Of a DNA stretch of 64,000 bases, positions 9,467 to 18,159 are shown piece after piece. Source of the DNA: Pyrinomonadaceae bacterium (GTDB lineage Bacteria > Acidobacteriota > Blastocatellia > Pyrinomonadales > Pyrinomonadaceae); assembly GCA_051002415.1 (NCBI GenBank), contig JBPCMI010000140.1, positions 363-64,362 of the forward strand, written 5' to 3'. Positions within the stretch are counted from its first letter, which is position 1; each line of letters opens with the position of its first letter. A program made the translations under genes and the position numbers. Below the pieces are notes generated by a model that ran no database searches, was not told the origin of the DNA, and worked only from the letters and a program-made list of their open reading frames with translations.

Positions 9467-9830
9467 TCGTAGGGGGCGCCCCGCATTTTTAGATTGATCT
9501 AAGTTGGAAGGTTAGCCTAACACGCGCTCTGCAGCGGCGGTAGTTGTAGCGTTCGAGGTGGGGACGGTTTTCGAATCAGGCCAGTACAACCACGCCGTGC
9601 CGGTGGGCCAATATCGAAGCTCTCGAGCCCCGGTCGCACGAGCCCGTTTACATGACTCTGGAGGCAAGATTGAGTGCTCTTTCTTTCTTGCTTTGCCTCA
9701 GAAGGCAAAGCTTTTCTTACTCAGTTAAATTGATTAGCTTGGGATCTGCCGCGCCTACGGTTCAAACTGTCGCGCTTGCCGACTGCTTCGGCTAGAATCC
9801 TGCCCGTACAAAAGTCCAACAAGATTAGCC

Positions 9831-10334
9831 TTGAAAGCGATGCGACTGTTTCACCTGCTAGCGCGAGGTTCCCGCAAAATCATAATTAATCCTGGCGAGT
9901 CGTTCCTGATCTTCAGGATGGCGTTGTGGGTTTCTGTGCTTTCGCTCCTGGTGAAACTTCGACCACTGCCGCGAGCACTCGAACTGGTCGCCGCAAAACC
10001 CAGAAATACTCCTAAGGATTCTGCGAAGGTCGCCGAAGAAACCATGAACCGACTGGCTCGCACCATGGATTTGCTTTTGCGAACCGATATGTTTGTCTTT
10101 AAGCCTATCTGTTGGAAGCGAGCCGCCGTTTTGCATCGCTATCTGGCGCTCAGCGGGATCGATTCGCGAATCGTGTTCGGCGTCAGGCGCGGTGCGCAAG
10201 GTGAAGTGGATGGGCACGCCTGGCTTGAATCGAATGGCGAGCCGATTCTTGAAACCACATCGCCGAATTACAAAGTCACCTACGCTTTTCCCTCCGACGA
10301 ACCTTTCGAAGCCGATCTTGCTTCCATGTCCTAG
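9831..10334 (+). CDS. Lasso-peptide B2-type (McjB C-terminal/transglutaminase-core) cysteine protease homologue
   Basis: N-terminal hydrophobic hairpin (FLIFRMALWVSVLSLLVKL). Catalytic-type Cys in CWKRAAVLHRYLAL and His in EVDGHAWLESNG. ~165 aa, the size and layout of stand-alone B2 proteins. Confidence 0.7.
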   Translation: MKAMRLFHLLARGSRKIIINPGESFLIFRMALWVSVLSLLVKLRPLPRALELVAAKPRNTPKDSAKVAEETMNRLARTMDLLLRTDMFVFKPICWKRAAVLHRYLALSGIDSRIVFGVRRGAQGEVDGHAWLESNGEPILETTSPNYKVTYAFPSDEPFEADLASMS

Positions 10335-10417
10335 CTTACAAAAAAGAGAGAGGCGAGTAAGCACCTCTCCCTTTCGTTGTTCGATTCAAGCCGAAAACGT
10401 TAGTTGAATCCTTCCCG

Positions 10418-10464
10418 AGACTCGAAACTCCGAACCTGAAACTCGAAACCCGGAACTCGAAACT
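10418..10464. repeat. GAAAC-type short tandem array just 3' of the 10470 gene stop
   Basis: gactcgaaactccgaacctgaaactcgaaacccggaactcgaaactc. The same word family occurs at 29168-29306, 50621-50749 and 53494-53534. Confidence 0.6.
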
Positions 10465-10469
10465 CTCCT

Positions 10470-11132
10470 TTACGGCAGGGCCTCGACGTTAACGAAGAAG
10501 CGGAAGGTTCCTCCCTGCACTACCCCCAAAAGATACCTGACGTTGATCGATGCGCCCGGAGCGACGAAGCCGCCGGGAATCGCAACGACAATACTTGAAT
10601 TTGATCCGCCGCCGGCGACCGCATCGGAAGGACCCTCGAGCGCAGTGCCCCTTATCAAGATCGTTCCGCCATTCGCGGTTGTATCTCCAGACGTAAGCAT
10701 TCGCAAATCGGCTTGTGGTCCTCCCGGCGTGTTGCTAGTGGTGATATCGACAACCCGGAAACGAAGTCGCGTGACAGGCGCACCAGTGCTATTCGTGAAC
10801 TTGCGTCGAATATCCAAAGTGCCAAGCGCCATAGCCCCCGATCCCGGTGTCGTATCGCGCACACGGTTGGGAGGAGCACTCGACGCTTGTGATGGATCAA
10901 TCAACGCAGGTTTCACCGTCGCATTGCGCTGAATCGGACTCACCAGATTTTCCGGACCAGGTCCGCCACGCACTGACAGAATGCCAAACGTGCCTGCCAT
11001 CGTTGAGACAAATTCAAAGTCTGCCGCATTATCTCCTGTGTCTTTGGGCAGGCCAGTGGCTTGAGTCCTTTTAATGGCAACGGCGTCTGCGGCGGCGTGG
11101 GCGGAAACTTTTCCGTGTATTCGCCATCCCAT
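10470..11132 (-). CDS. C-terminal fragment of a frameshifted secreted protein (P1); carries the shared ~175-aa C-terminal module
   Basis: GLPKDTGDNAADFEFV...GGPGPENLVSPIQRNATVK...VTRLRFRVVDITT...FRFFVNVEALP aligns with the C-termini of the 11919, 18160 and 29311 proteins. Overlaps the N-terminal fragment in another frame. Confidence 0.6.
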   Translation of the reverse strand: MGWRIHGKVSAHAAADAVAIKRTQATGLPKDTGDNAADFEFVSTMAGTFGILSVRGGPGPENLVSPIQRNATVKPALIDPSQASSAPPNRVRDTTPGSGAMALGTLDIRRKFTNSTGAPVTRLRFRVVDITTSNTPGGPQADLRMLTSGDTTANGGTILIRGTALEGPSDAVAGGGSNSSIVVAIPGGFVAPGASINVRYLLGVVQGGTFRFFVNVEALP

Positions 11133-11734
11133 TGGAGAGGAGCTGAGAGCGACTGTGCCTGCTGAATGCTGCCTGACGTTCCGTAGATCAAATAGGCGTT
11201 GCTCGGGATGTAGGTGACGATCTCAACGCCTGTGCTTAATAACGCGCTATACCATTCCGGCTTGATAGGACCGGCGAATTGCACCAGGTGCATGCGCTTG
11301 CCGCCAAAGCCGCCGGCATGCTGTCTAAGGCGCTGTACTTCCGCTGTCGTCGTATCAAAAACGCCGGAGTTAAGCATGATCAGGTTGCTCTCATCGCTGA
11401 ACTCGGCGCCCGGCTTGTCGTTTAATGAGCCGGCAAGTGCATCGTTCACTTCCAACAACTTAAAAGTGCCGTAGTCGGCAATAAGGCGCGCCCCCTCAGA
11501 CTCAATTGATTTCGCCAGGGTGCGATCACTAACGATCACTTTATGAACATTTCCCGGACTGCGGTACTTCGCCGCTGAAGACACTCGCGCAGCCACACGG
11601 GCTTCGTCCTGACCCTTCCCTTTGCTCTTCATCGACGTTCGCGGCGTGAAGTCCCAACCGAACAGTACGAAGGCTGCGGCCGCCGCCGCGATCAAGAGGA
11701 TCTTTGATGCGAACAATTTCTGATTACGTTTCAT
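10940..11734 (-). CDS. N-terminal fragment of the same frameshifted secreted protein (P1)
   Basis: ATG 11734 preceded by GGAGA. Signal anchor MKRNQKLFASKILLIAAAAAAFVLFGW. Prodomain-like region HLVQFAGPIKPEWYSALLSTGVEIVTYIPSNAYLIYG. After ~11110 this frame decays into Pro-rich nonsense while the other frame becomes homologous. Confidence 0.55.
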   Translation of the reverse strand: MKRNQKLFASKILLIAAAAAAFVLFGWDFTPRTSMKSKGKGQDEARVAARVSSAAKYRSPGNVHKVIVSDRTLAKSIESEGARLIADYGTFKLLEVNDALAGSLNDKPGAEFSDESNLIMLNSGVFDTTTAEVQRLRQHAGGFGGKRMHLVQFAGPIKPEWYSALLSTGVEIVTYIPSNAYLIYGTSGSIQQAQSLSAPLQWDGEYTEKFPPTPPQTPLPLKGLKPLACPKTQEIMRQTLNLSQRWQARLAFCQCVADLVRKIW

Positions 11735-11918
11735 TGCAGCGGGTCTCCAAGAAGATCCGGTCGCTAGCTCAGTGGACAACAAAGGAATTGAGGGTGCCAA
11801 GGTTATTCAAGGCATGTCTTAAACGGCGTGTGATCCTAAAGTCGTAAGGGGAAGAATCTAAATTGATCCTTCCCCTTAACGTGGTTACGCGCAAGCGGCT
11901 GCTACCGCCTTTGCAGCG

Positions 11919-14900
11919 TTAGGGCAACGCTTCGACGTTTACTAAGAAGCGGAACGTTCCGCTTTGAGACACGCCTACCAGCAACCTGATGTTAATTGAG
12001 GCTCCTGGCGCTAATGGTGTCCCGAGTGTGACAGTGCCCGACGAGAGTGACGTGTTGAGACCCCCGCCTAATGTTGGAATAGGTGGAGTTTCCAGGGCCG
12101 TCCCTCTTAGTTGTTTGGCGCCGGTTCCACAGGGATTGCTACCTGCAGCTATTGCCAGATCGTTTGAGGTCAGGACGCGCAGATCAGCGGTGCCCGGCGG
12201 CGCCAGACTTGTAGTGATGTCAACAACCCTGAAGCGCAGGCGGGTGACCTGACCACCTGTGTTGTTTGTGAACGCGCGCCGCAATTCAAGTGTTCCTAGT
12301 GGCCCAGTAATAGGTACAGGTGTCAGATCGCGAACTCTGTTCGGGTCTGCACTACTGCTGGCGCAAGGGAATATCAGAGACGCTTTAACTGTTGCGTTAC
12401 GTTGAATTGGACTGCTTAGGTTTTCCGGTCCCGGACCACCGAGCCGGCTTCCCATACCGCGCTCAGTTGCCAGCGTGTCCGCGTAAAGAAAATCTGCGGA
12501 ATTGCTGTTTGTGTCCTGAGGTAATCCGCTGACCATGTTCCGGAACAAACTAAAGTCCGACATGCTCATTGGATTACTGAGCGCAGCGTAGCCGGGTCCT
12601 TCTTTGTACAGTGAATTCGCTTCAGCTGTTGAGCCAACAGCGTCGAGCCGGTTCGCCAAAGTGAAGTTCACCGGATTCGACGTATTGAAGAGAGCGATAC
12701 CAACGTTGTCGTTGATACCAGTCGTGTATGTGGCATCTCCGGTGGCTGTCGTGCCGTTGCCGGCCGGATATGAGCCCAGCGAATACGCGGAGGAATTCAC
12801 ACAGAGGTAGTGACCGCGATTCGGTATTACGGTCCCATTGGGAACTGTACAGCGAGCAACGCCGTCGGATGTGGCTACTGCCCACCCCGACGATCCGTCA
12901 CTTGTTGCAATCGTGACGTCAGCCCCGGACTTGTTGTAGAGCTCAATGAACTCATCGTTGTCACCAGCGATACCTCGCAGCCGAAACTCACTGATGATCA
13001 GACCTGAAGCCGAACCTGGGCCAGTCACGGTGACGTTGAAAGTACACGTTGATCCCCCGGCGCCGGTGACTGTTACGGTTGTGATGCCAAGTGGAAGCGT
13101 CGAACCGGAGACCGGATTATAGTTCAACACGCCACAAGCGCCGGCGGGACTAGCCGCCGGATAGTTTACAACCGCGCTCACGCCTCCGCCGTCTGCAGGT
13201 ACCGAGTAACTAGACGGACAAGTGACTGCACAGGATTGCGCATTGCAGATGCTCTGCGTAGTTGTGATGGAAAGATCCCAGCCACCGGCAAAGGTGCCGA
13301 TGTCAGTTCCCGCGTCGTCAACCACGTAGAGACTCCACGTGCCATTCGGATTCAGGTTATTAAATGCAGCCAGCGTTGCTGAGCCTGCTGTTGCCGGATC
13401 GAGATACGGTGCTGCCGGCGCCGGCGCCGGGAATGGGTCCCCGGTTCCATAGTTCGTTGGTCTAAAGCTGCCGGGCGCCGGTGGAGCTCCCGACGAAGGG
13501 AACACCGTAGCTGCGGCATCATCGATTGTGTAGGTTTGACCGGCCCAATCAGTGCCACCGATGACATCTGACATAAGGCTGAATTTCACGCCCGTTGGAC
13601 CAACCAGCAACACATCCACATCTCCCGGGAATGTATGGCTGATTTGCTTGAGCGTAACCGTCACCTTGCTAACCGGGTTCGTCAGACCGGCCACAGTTAT
13701 CGTGGAAGGATACGGATTCGAGGGTGAGCCTGTGGTGGCACCCGTTCCCGTAGCCGGAATCACGATTGCGGCTGGGTTTGAAAAAGTCTGACTGGAAACA
13801 CTTGTAGTGCCCAGCTGGAACGTATAGGTAATCGTTCCCAGATTGATGGCGCCATCCTGAAGCTGCAGCGTTGCGGTGATGTTATTCCCGCAAGTTCCGC
13901 TCGCCACGAAGGTGAACGGCTGCGAGACTGCGGGAGCGCCTACGCTAACCACGCCATAGGTCCGCGTGGGCGTGACCGGAGTGACACCACCACTCGTTTG
14001 CATAGTGGCAACCAGGTTGGAGGTGTTGCCGTCGCCGGAATTAATCAACGGGAAAGTGGCAGTAATAGTCTCACCCGGATCGGGTGCATTGTTAGCTGGA
14101 GTAATACTTTCAGCCGTAATTACGGCAGCGCCCCCTGATTCGATTACCGGAGTGCCGACGACACCGCAGCAGGCAAATGGCTGGCGATTGATTTCCAGCG
14201 TTACGCAGCCGACGGTGCCTGTGTCGATCGCTGCACTGTCTGATACGCGCAACTTCCATGTACCGTTGATTGACTTGCCGGTCATTGCGGAAAGGGGTTC
14301 CTCGGGTTGAAACGTTCCGGCGAAGGGCGGCAGCCCGGCGGAAATCGGATTGGAGGCCGAGTCGTCGAAAATGGTCGGCGTGCCGGAACAGTCGTTGGCT
14401 CCCGTGCCGTAGTTGTCGCCACCGCCCGCTGCGGTGTCGCGGTTGGCTGACAACACCACCTCGGTATTGTCGGGAGCGATCAGGGAGAGCGACAGGTCGC
14501 GGGTAAACGTGTGGTTCAAACGCACGCGTACGTTGACGTCGCCTGCCGCGCCGTTTTGATTGACGAGGATCGGAATATCTACCGAGCTGACGTCGGGAAT
14601 CGGAGTTGCGATATTGCCCGTGGTGTAGACAGTCGGAATGCCAGCTCCAAGCGTGCCGGTGCGTAAGCGATAGACAATCGTGCCGTAGTCAGTTGCGCCA
14701 TCCTGCAACTGCAACGTGATGTCGACAAAGGTTCCGCAAGTGGCACTGACAGTGAAAGTGAAAGGCCGAGACACAGGAGCCGCACCTTGGGCGACCGCTC
14801 CGTAGTTTTGCGGACCAGAGGGGCTCGAAACGCCCCCGGTGGCCTGCAGCGTGCCCACCAGATTTACAGTAGTAGCCCCTGCACCGCCGTCGTTAACAAC

Positions 14901-15437
14901 CGGTAAATTTACCGTTACGGTTTCACCCGGATCGAGGGCATTGTTTCCGGGAGCGCAGCTCTCTGCGGTGATCTCCACATTGCCAGGCTCCAGATCGTTC
15001 TGCGGTACTAGCTGCACATTCTGAATAGTTGTGTTTCCCTGAGTGATAGTGACACCCGGGATCGAGGCACTGGAGTAGCCGGGAGCTGATACCACGAGGG
15101 TATAACTCCCGAGGCCCATCGGGTCGATGTTATAAACGCCACTGCCGTTGGAGCTTCTAATAAAAGGACCTGCCGATACCGAAGCATTCGCGATTGGAGT
15201 ACCGCCAACACTGCTGGTAACGCTGCCAGTCAGTACACCCTTTTGCACTGCCGGACAGGGACCGAATTGGAAAGCGCCGACGCGCGTGTGCCAGCGAGTG
15301 TTGTCAGGAGCTGCGGCCCCGGTGACGTATTGTTGGGTGTACCAGAAAGTACAGTCATCAACCGGATCGACTGTGAGATCTGAATAGTCACCCCAGCGTC
15401 CGGACGAATGAGTTTGAGAGCTGGTGCCGTTGACCAA
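11919..15437 (-). CDS. Large secreted multidomain protein P2, part downstream of an in-frame TGA
   Basis: Carboxypeptidase-regulatory-like segment. Two proprotein-convertase P-domain-like segments (NHTFTRDLSLSLIAPD...GTWKLRVSD; SHTFPGDVDVLLVGPTG...GTWSLYVVDD). HYR-like segment, LTD (LIISEFRLRG...DEFIELYN), and the shared C-terminal module ending FRFLVNVEALP. The frame stays open upstream to TGA 15483-15485, so TTG 15437 is probably not a real start. Confidence 0.75.
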   Translation of the reverse strand: MVNGTSSQTHSSGRWGDYSDLTVDPVDDCTFWYTQQYVTGAAAPDNTRWHTRVGAFQFGPCPAVQKGVLTGSVTSSVGGTPIANASVSAGPFIRSSNGSGVYNIDPMGLGSYTLVVSAPGYSSASIPGVTITQGNTTIQNVQLVPQNDLEPGNVEITAESCAPGNNALDPGETVTVNLPVVNDGGAGATTVNLVGTLQATGGVSSPSGPQNYGAVAQGAAPVSRPFTFTVSATCGTFVDITLQLQDGATDYGTIVYRLRTGTLGAGIPTVYTTGNIATPIPDVSSVDIPILVNQNGAAGDVNVRVRLNHTFTRDLSLSLIAPDNTEVVLSANRDTAAGGGDNYGTGANDCSGTPTIFDDSASNPISAGLPPFAGTFQPEEPLSAMTGKSINGTWKLRVSDSAAIDTGTVGCVTLEINRQPFACCGVVGTPVIESGGAAVITAESITPANNAPDPGETITATFPLINSGDGNTSNLVATMQTSGGVTPVTPTRTYGVVSVGAPAVSQPFTFVASGTCGNNITATLQLQDGAINLGTITYTFQLGTTSVSSQTFSNPAAIVIPATGTGATTGSPSNPYPSTITVAGLTNPVSKVTVTLKQISHTFPGDVDVLLVGPTGVKFSLMSDVIGGTDWAGQTYTIDDAAATVFPSSGAPPAPGSFRPTNYGTGDPFPAPAPAAPYLDPATAGSATLAAFNNLNPNGTWSLYVVDDAGTDIGTFAGGWDLSITTTQSICNAQSCAVTCPSSYSVPADGGGVSAVVNYPAASPAGACGVLNYNPVSGSTLPLGITTVTVTGAGGSTCTFNVTVTGPGSASGLIISEFRLRGIAGDNDEFIELYNKSGADVTIATSDGSSGWAVATSDGVARCTVPNGTVIPNRGHYLCVNSSAYSLGSYPAGNGTTATGDATYTTGINDNVGIALFNTSNPVNFTLANRLDAVGSTAEANSLYKEGPGYAALSNPMSMSDFSLFRNMVSGLPQDTNSNSADFLYADTLATERGMGSRLGGPGPENLSSPIQRNATVKASLIFPCASSSADPNRVRDLTPVPITGPLGTLELRRAFTNNTGGQVTRLRFRVVDITTSLAPPGTADLRVLTSNDLAIAAGSNPCGTGAKQLRGTALETPPIPTLGGGLNTSLSSGTVTLGTPLAPGASINIRLLVGVSQSGTFRFLVNVEALP

Positions 15438-15482
15438 CGTAGCCTCGCCCTGCGCGAGACTGCCGGCGGGATCACCGGCAAG

Positions 15483-17126
15483 TCAGCCGGCGTAGCGAAT
15501 TCCCGGAAACACTGAAGCGCTGGACACCGAGTAACCGACGGCCAGGCTGCCCGCAGCATTCATGGCTGCGCTACCCATCCAGCGATGCGTCGTATCACCA
15601 GGAGCGCCGGACATAGTCCCCTGTTCTTGAACTACGTACGCGCCCGTGGGTGTAGCTTTACGAATCTCGTAATAACGCACTCCAGAGCGGAATGCCGGAT
15701 TTACCGCGGCGTTAACTGAGTGGTTCAGAGCTAAAGATTCATGCGTACCATAGTTGCGATACGCCAGGCGGTTCATCAAACGATCGGAAATAACATCGAC
15801 TGCAACACCCGGAGGAGGTTGCGGGATGATATTGCGGGAGCCGGGTGGGACTTCGCGCGAATCAAACGCAGCTACCGCGAGAGGACTGCCGGTCCGTTCG
15901 AGCAGAGTCGAATTAGCGGGGACTGCAAAGTCAGCATGAAAATCAAAGATACGAAGCGAGTCAGTCGCACCAAATTCATCAGCGTCAAACTGGATGAAAG
16001 GAGCCGGCGCGCCCGCCGGCGGCGGTGTGAAGCCGTCGATGTCGCCGGGTAACATGCCACCGAATTGACAGGCTCCCGGACATCCTTCCGCCTTATCGAA
16101 ATAGATGAAGCCCGCAGTCGGATCGCCGGCAAGCATTTTTGTGCGATCAAACGCGAAGAGACCGGCGCCGAGGAACTGAGTGCCCGCCTGGTTGAATTGG
16201 TTGTCGGTCATGTAATAACCATCAGACCAGACACCAAATTTTGGGTAGTCGTTGAACTTGTTGTTCGGCATCATAAAATCATAGAGATAGTATGCGCCGG
16301 TGGGATCTCCTGTCTGCGAGACCGCGATCAGTTGGTGATTGTTTGGGTTTGCTACCACGCAGAATTCGGAAAGAATCCAGCGGTCAGCCAATTGATCGTA
16401 GAGCACGATCGGATCCCCGTCCTCGCTGTTGGCGCAGGGACCAGGAATTGAGCTAAAGAGCGCGCCAATACTCGTAAGTGGAATCACCGGCGTTCCAGTG
16501 CGGTTGTAGATGCGGAAGGCACTGTTCACCATCTGCACAAAGTGATTCGGTCCGATCTCGCCGACGGTATCCGGCGGCAGGAAACCCTGACCAGGTAGTG
16601 CGGTGGTATCTGTTAGTGAAATCGACTCAAAGCTGACAGTCGGAGTCGGCATCACGCGCGGCGTGATCGATCGATCGTTGCCGGGCACGCGAGCGATCGC
16701 TGCATCCGGCTCAGTCTTCATTTCAGGATCGCCTTTGCGAATAATTTCCGCATTACGGCGATTCTTCTCAGAGACCTCGTCTTCGCGCGACTCGGCGCGG
16801 CCGCCTTTGCCACCGCTGATGCTCTGTTCACGGGCCTTTTCGATCAGCTCTTCGTGGTTCTTGACCGGCGCTCTTCGTGCCTGTGCGGGTGAGAGTCGCT
16901 CTTGCGCCGCTGCCAACTCGCGCACCGTCGGAGAGATCCCAAAGTTGACTGCCTGCGCCGACATTACCCCAGGGTTCCACTCGCGCGCAGCTTTGTCGTT
17001 AGCCAGCTTTTCCTGATCAATTCGTTTTCGGGCTTTCTCGTTTCTCTTAGCGCCGGTTAACGGCGGCAGGATCAGGGCTACAAACAACAGACCAACGGCC
17101 AAGCCAAACACCAGGAACTTTCTCAT
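15483..17126 (-). CDS. N-terminal part of P2, ending at the in-frame TGA
   Basis: ATG 17126 with an AAGGAGAG SD. Signal anchor MRKFLVFGLAVGLLFVALILPP, a charged linker, then a large globular region ending ...VFPGIRYAG-TGA. Same reading frame as ORF 11919-15437. Confidence 0.7.
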   Translation of the reverse strand: MRKFLVFGLAVGLLFVALILPPLTGAKRNEKARKRIDQEKLANDKAAREWNPGVMSAQAVNFGISPTVRELAAAQERLSPAQARRAPVKNHEELIEKAREQSISGGKGGRAESREDEVSEKNRRNAEIIRKGDPEMKTEPDAAIARVPGNDRSITPRVMPTPTVSFESISLTDTTALPGQGFLPPDTVGEIGPNHFVQMVNSAFRIYNRTGTPVIPLTSIGALFSSIPGPCANSEDGDPIVLYDQLADRWILSEFCVVANPNNHQLIAVSQTGDPTGAYYLYDFMMPNNKFNDYPKFGVWSDGYYMTDNQFNQAGTQFLGAGLFAFDRTKMLAGDPTAGFIYFDKAEGCPGACQFGGMLPGDIDGFTPPPAGAPAPFIQFDADEFGATDSLRIFDFHADFAVPANSTLLERTGSPLAVAAFDSREVPPGSRNIIPQPPPGVAVDVISDRLMNRLAYRNYGTHESLALNHSVNAAVNPAFRSGVRYYEIRKATPTGAYVVQEQGTMSGAPGDTTHRWMGSAAMNAAGSLAVGYSVSSASVFPGIRYAG

Positions 17127-17646
17127 AGGGAAAACTCTCCTTTGCATGAAGCTGCAACTCCTAGAGACAGCAGCTGCGGGGTCAATCGAGTGGACGGCTG
17201 AAAGAGAACGCGTGAACACCACACAGCTTCAGGCCGCCAGGGGAATGGGCAGACTAAAGAGGCATGGAAGCGATGGTTTGTCTTCAAAAAACGCGTACTG
17301 ACCGGAGGCAGTGAAAATGCCTACGACACAGAATTAAGGTGGAACTTCAAGAGACGCCTGCGTGTGCGCGGAACCTGGTCGCGAGATGGATTGGGACGGT
17401 AGCTGTTTCGCGAGCCGGGGGATTCCCACGTGAGCATTCCTTGTACTTAGAAAGAAAAGTAAATTACGATTCAGCGATAGTAATGCGAGGCAGGTGCAAG
17501 CAAAGATGGCTTCGCGACCCTTTAGATTCGACGACAGAACGTCGGGACTATAACCGCACCTAAGTGCGTATGTCAATGTTGATCCTTTTCGTTTCATCAC
17601 GCGACTGATTGGCTTGAATAGAGCCGCCGAACAAGGAGGTACTAAC

Positions 17647-18093
17647 GTGATTCCGGGCCAAACACTTTTCGCAATTTTTCTTGTGTTCATGATTGCGTTA
17701 CCAGCGAATTCGTGTGGAAAGGAAAGAATGAGCGAAAAATCAAAGACTGAAGTAGTGAAAGATCGCCGCGTTGCCGAAGGGAAGTGGGGTGGTCAACACG
17801 TGCGGGTGGACGTTTCGGGAAGTGGAGCTGAGTTTGAGTTCGATTGTGCGCACGGTCGCATGACTGGACCGCTGACTTTGCAGAAGGGACGCTTTGCTAC
17901 AACCGGGACCTTTGTACATGAAAGAGGTCGCGTACGCCTTGACGATGACGAGCAGGGGCAGCGGGTTTATTTCAAGGGCGAAGTTCAGGGCTCCCGGATG
18001 ACACTGACCTTTTCGCCAGCCGAAGACTTCAGCGAAGCGGAAACATTTACGCTAACGCATGGAGCTGAGGCCAAGTTGTTCAAGTGCAAATAG
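17647..18093 (+). CDS. Hypothetical lipoprotein
   Basis: GTG 17647 lies 6 nt after AAGGAGG. Signal peptide with lipobox-like LPANS-C. No recognisable family. Confidence 0.5.
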   Translation: MIPGQTLFAIFLVFMIALPANSCGKERMSEKSKTEVVKDRRVAEGKWGGQHVRVDVSGSGAEFEFDCAHGRMTGPLTLQKGRFATTGTFVHERGRVRLDDDEQGQRVYFKGEVQGSRMTLTFSPAEDFSEAETFTLTHGAEAKLFKCK

Positions 18094-18127
18094 CCAACGA
18101 CGCTGCGGTTGGACGTTCAGAATGAAA

Positions 18128-18155
18128 GGGAGAAGCACAAGCGCTTCTCCCTTTT
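18128..18155 (+). terminator. Bidirectional intrinsic terminator between convergent genes
   Basis: Perfect 9-bp stem gggagaagc/gcttctccc with a 6-nt loop, followed by TTTT and preceded by AAA. Confidence 0.65.
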
Positions 18156-18159
18156 AATT

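Noticed and set aside
9467-9830. A lasso-type precursor ORF or sRNA upstream of the B2 gene
   Set aside because: The small plus-strand ORFs I could translate are a ~55-aa ORF from GTG 9555 and a ~49-aa ORF from ATG 9649. Neither has a convincing SD, leader/core features or any paralogue. Only the terminator-like hairpin at 9690-9718 is noted. I also found no recognisable RNase P, 6S or tmRNA motifs.
15483-15485. Selenocysteine decoding of the in-frame TGA
   Set aside because: The downstream hairpin is only 6 bp and starts 3 nt after the UGA, unlike bacterial SECIS elements. The context YAG-x-LAGDP looks like an ordinary surface loop where Arg (CGA) is plausible. No sel genes are visible here. 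Kept only as the least likely alternative.
15230-15559. ORF 15230-15559(-) spanning the TGA junction in another frame
   Set aside because: Its sequence has no similarity to either flanking part. The two flanking ORFs are already co-linear in one frame, so no frame change is needed.
17334-17690. ORFs 17334-17690(-) and 17339-17563(+)
   Set aside because: They are mutually overlapping, have no SD and no motifs, and lie in the promoter/leader region between divergent genes. ORF 17334-17690 also overlaps the better-supported lipoprotein gene start.
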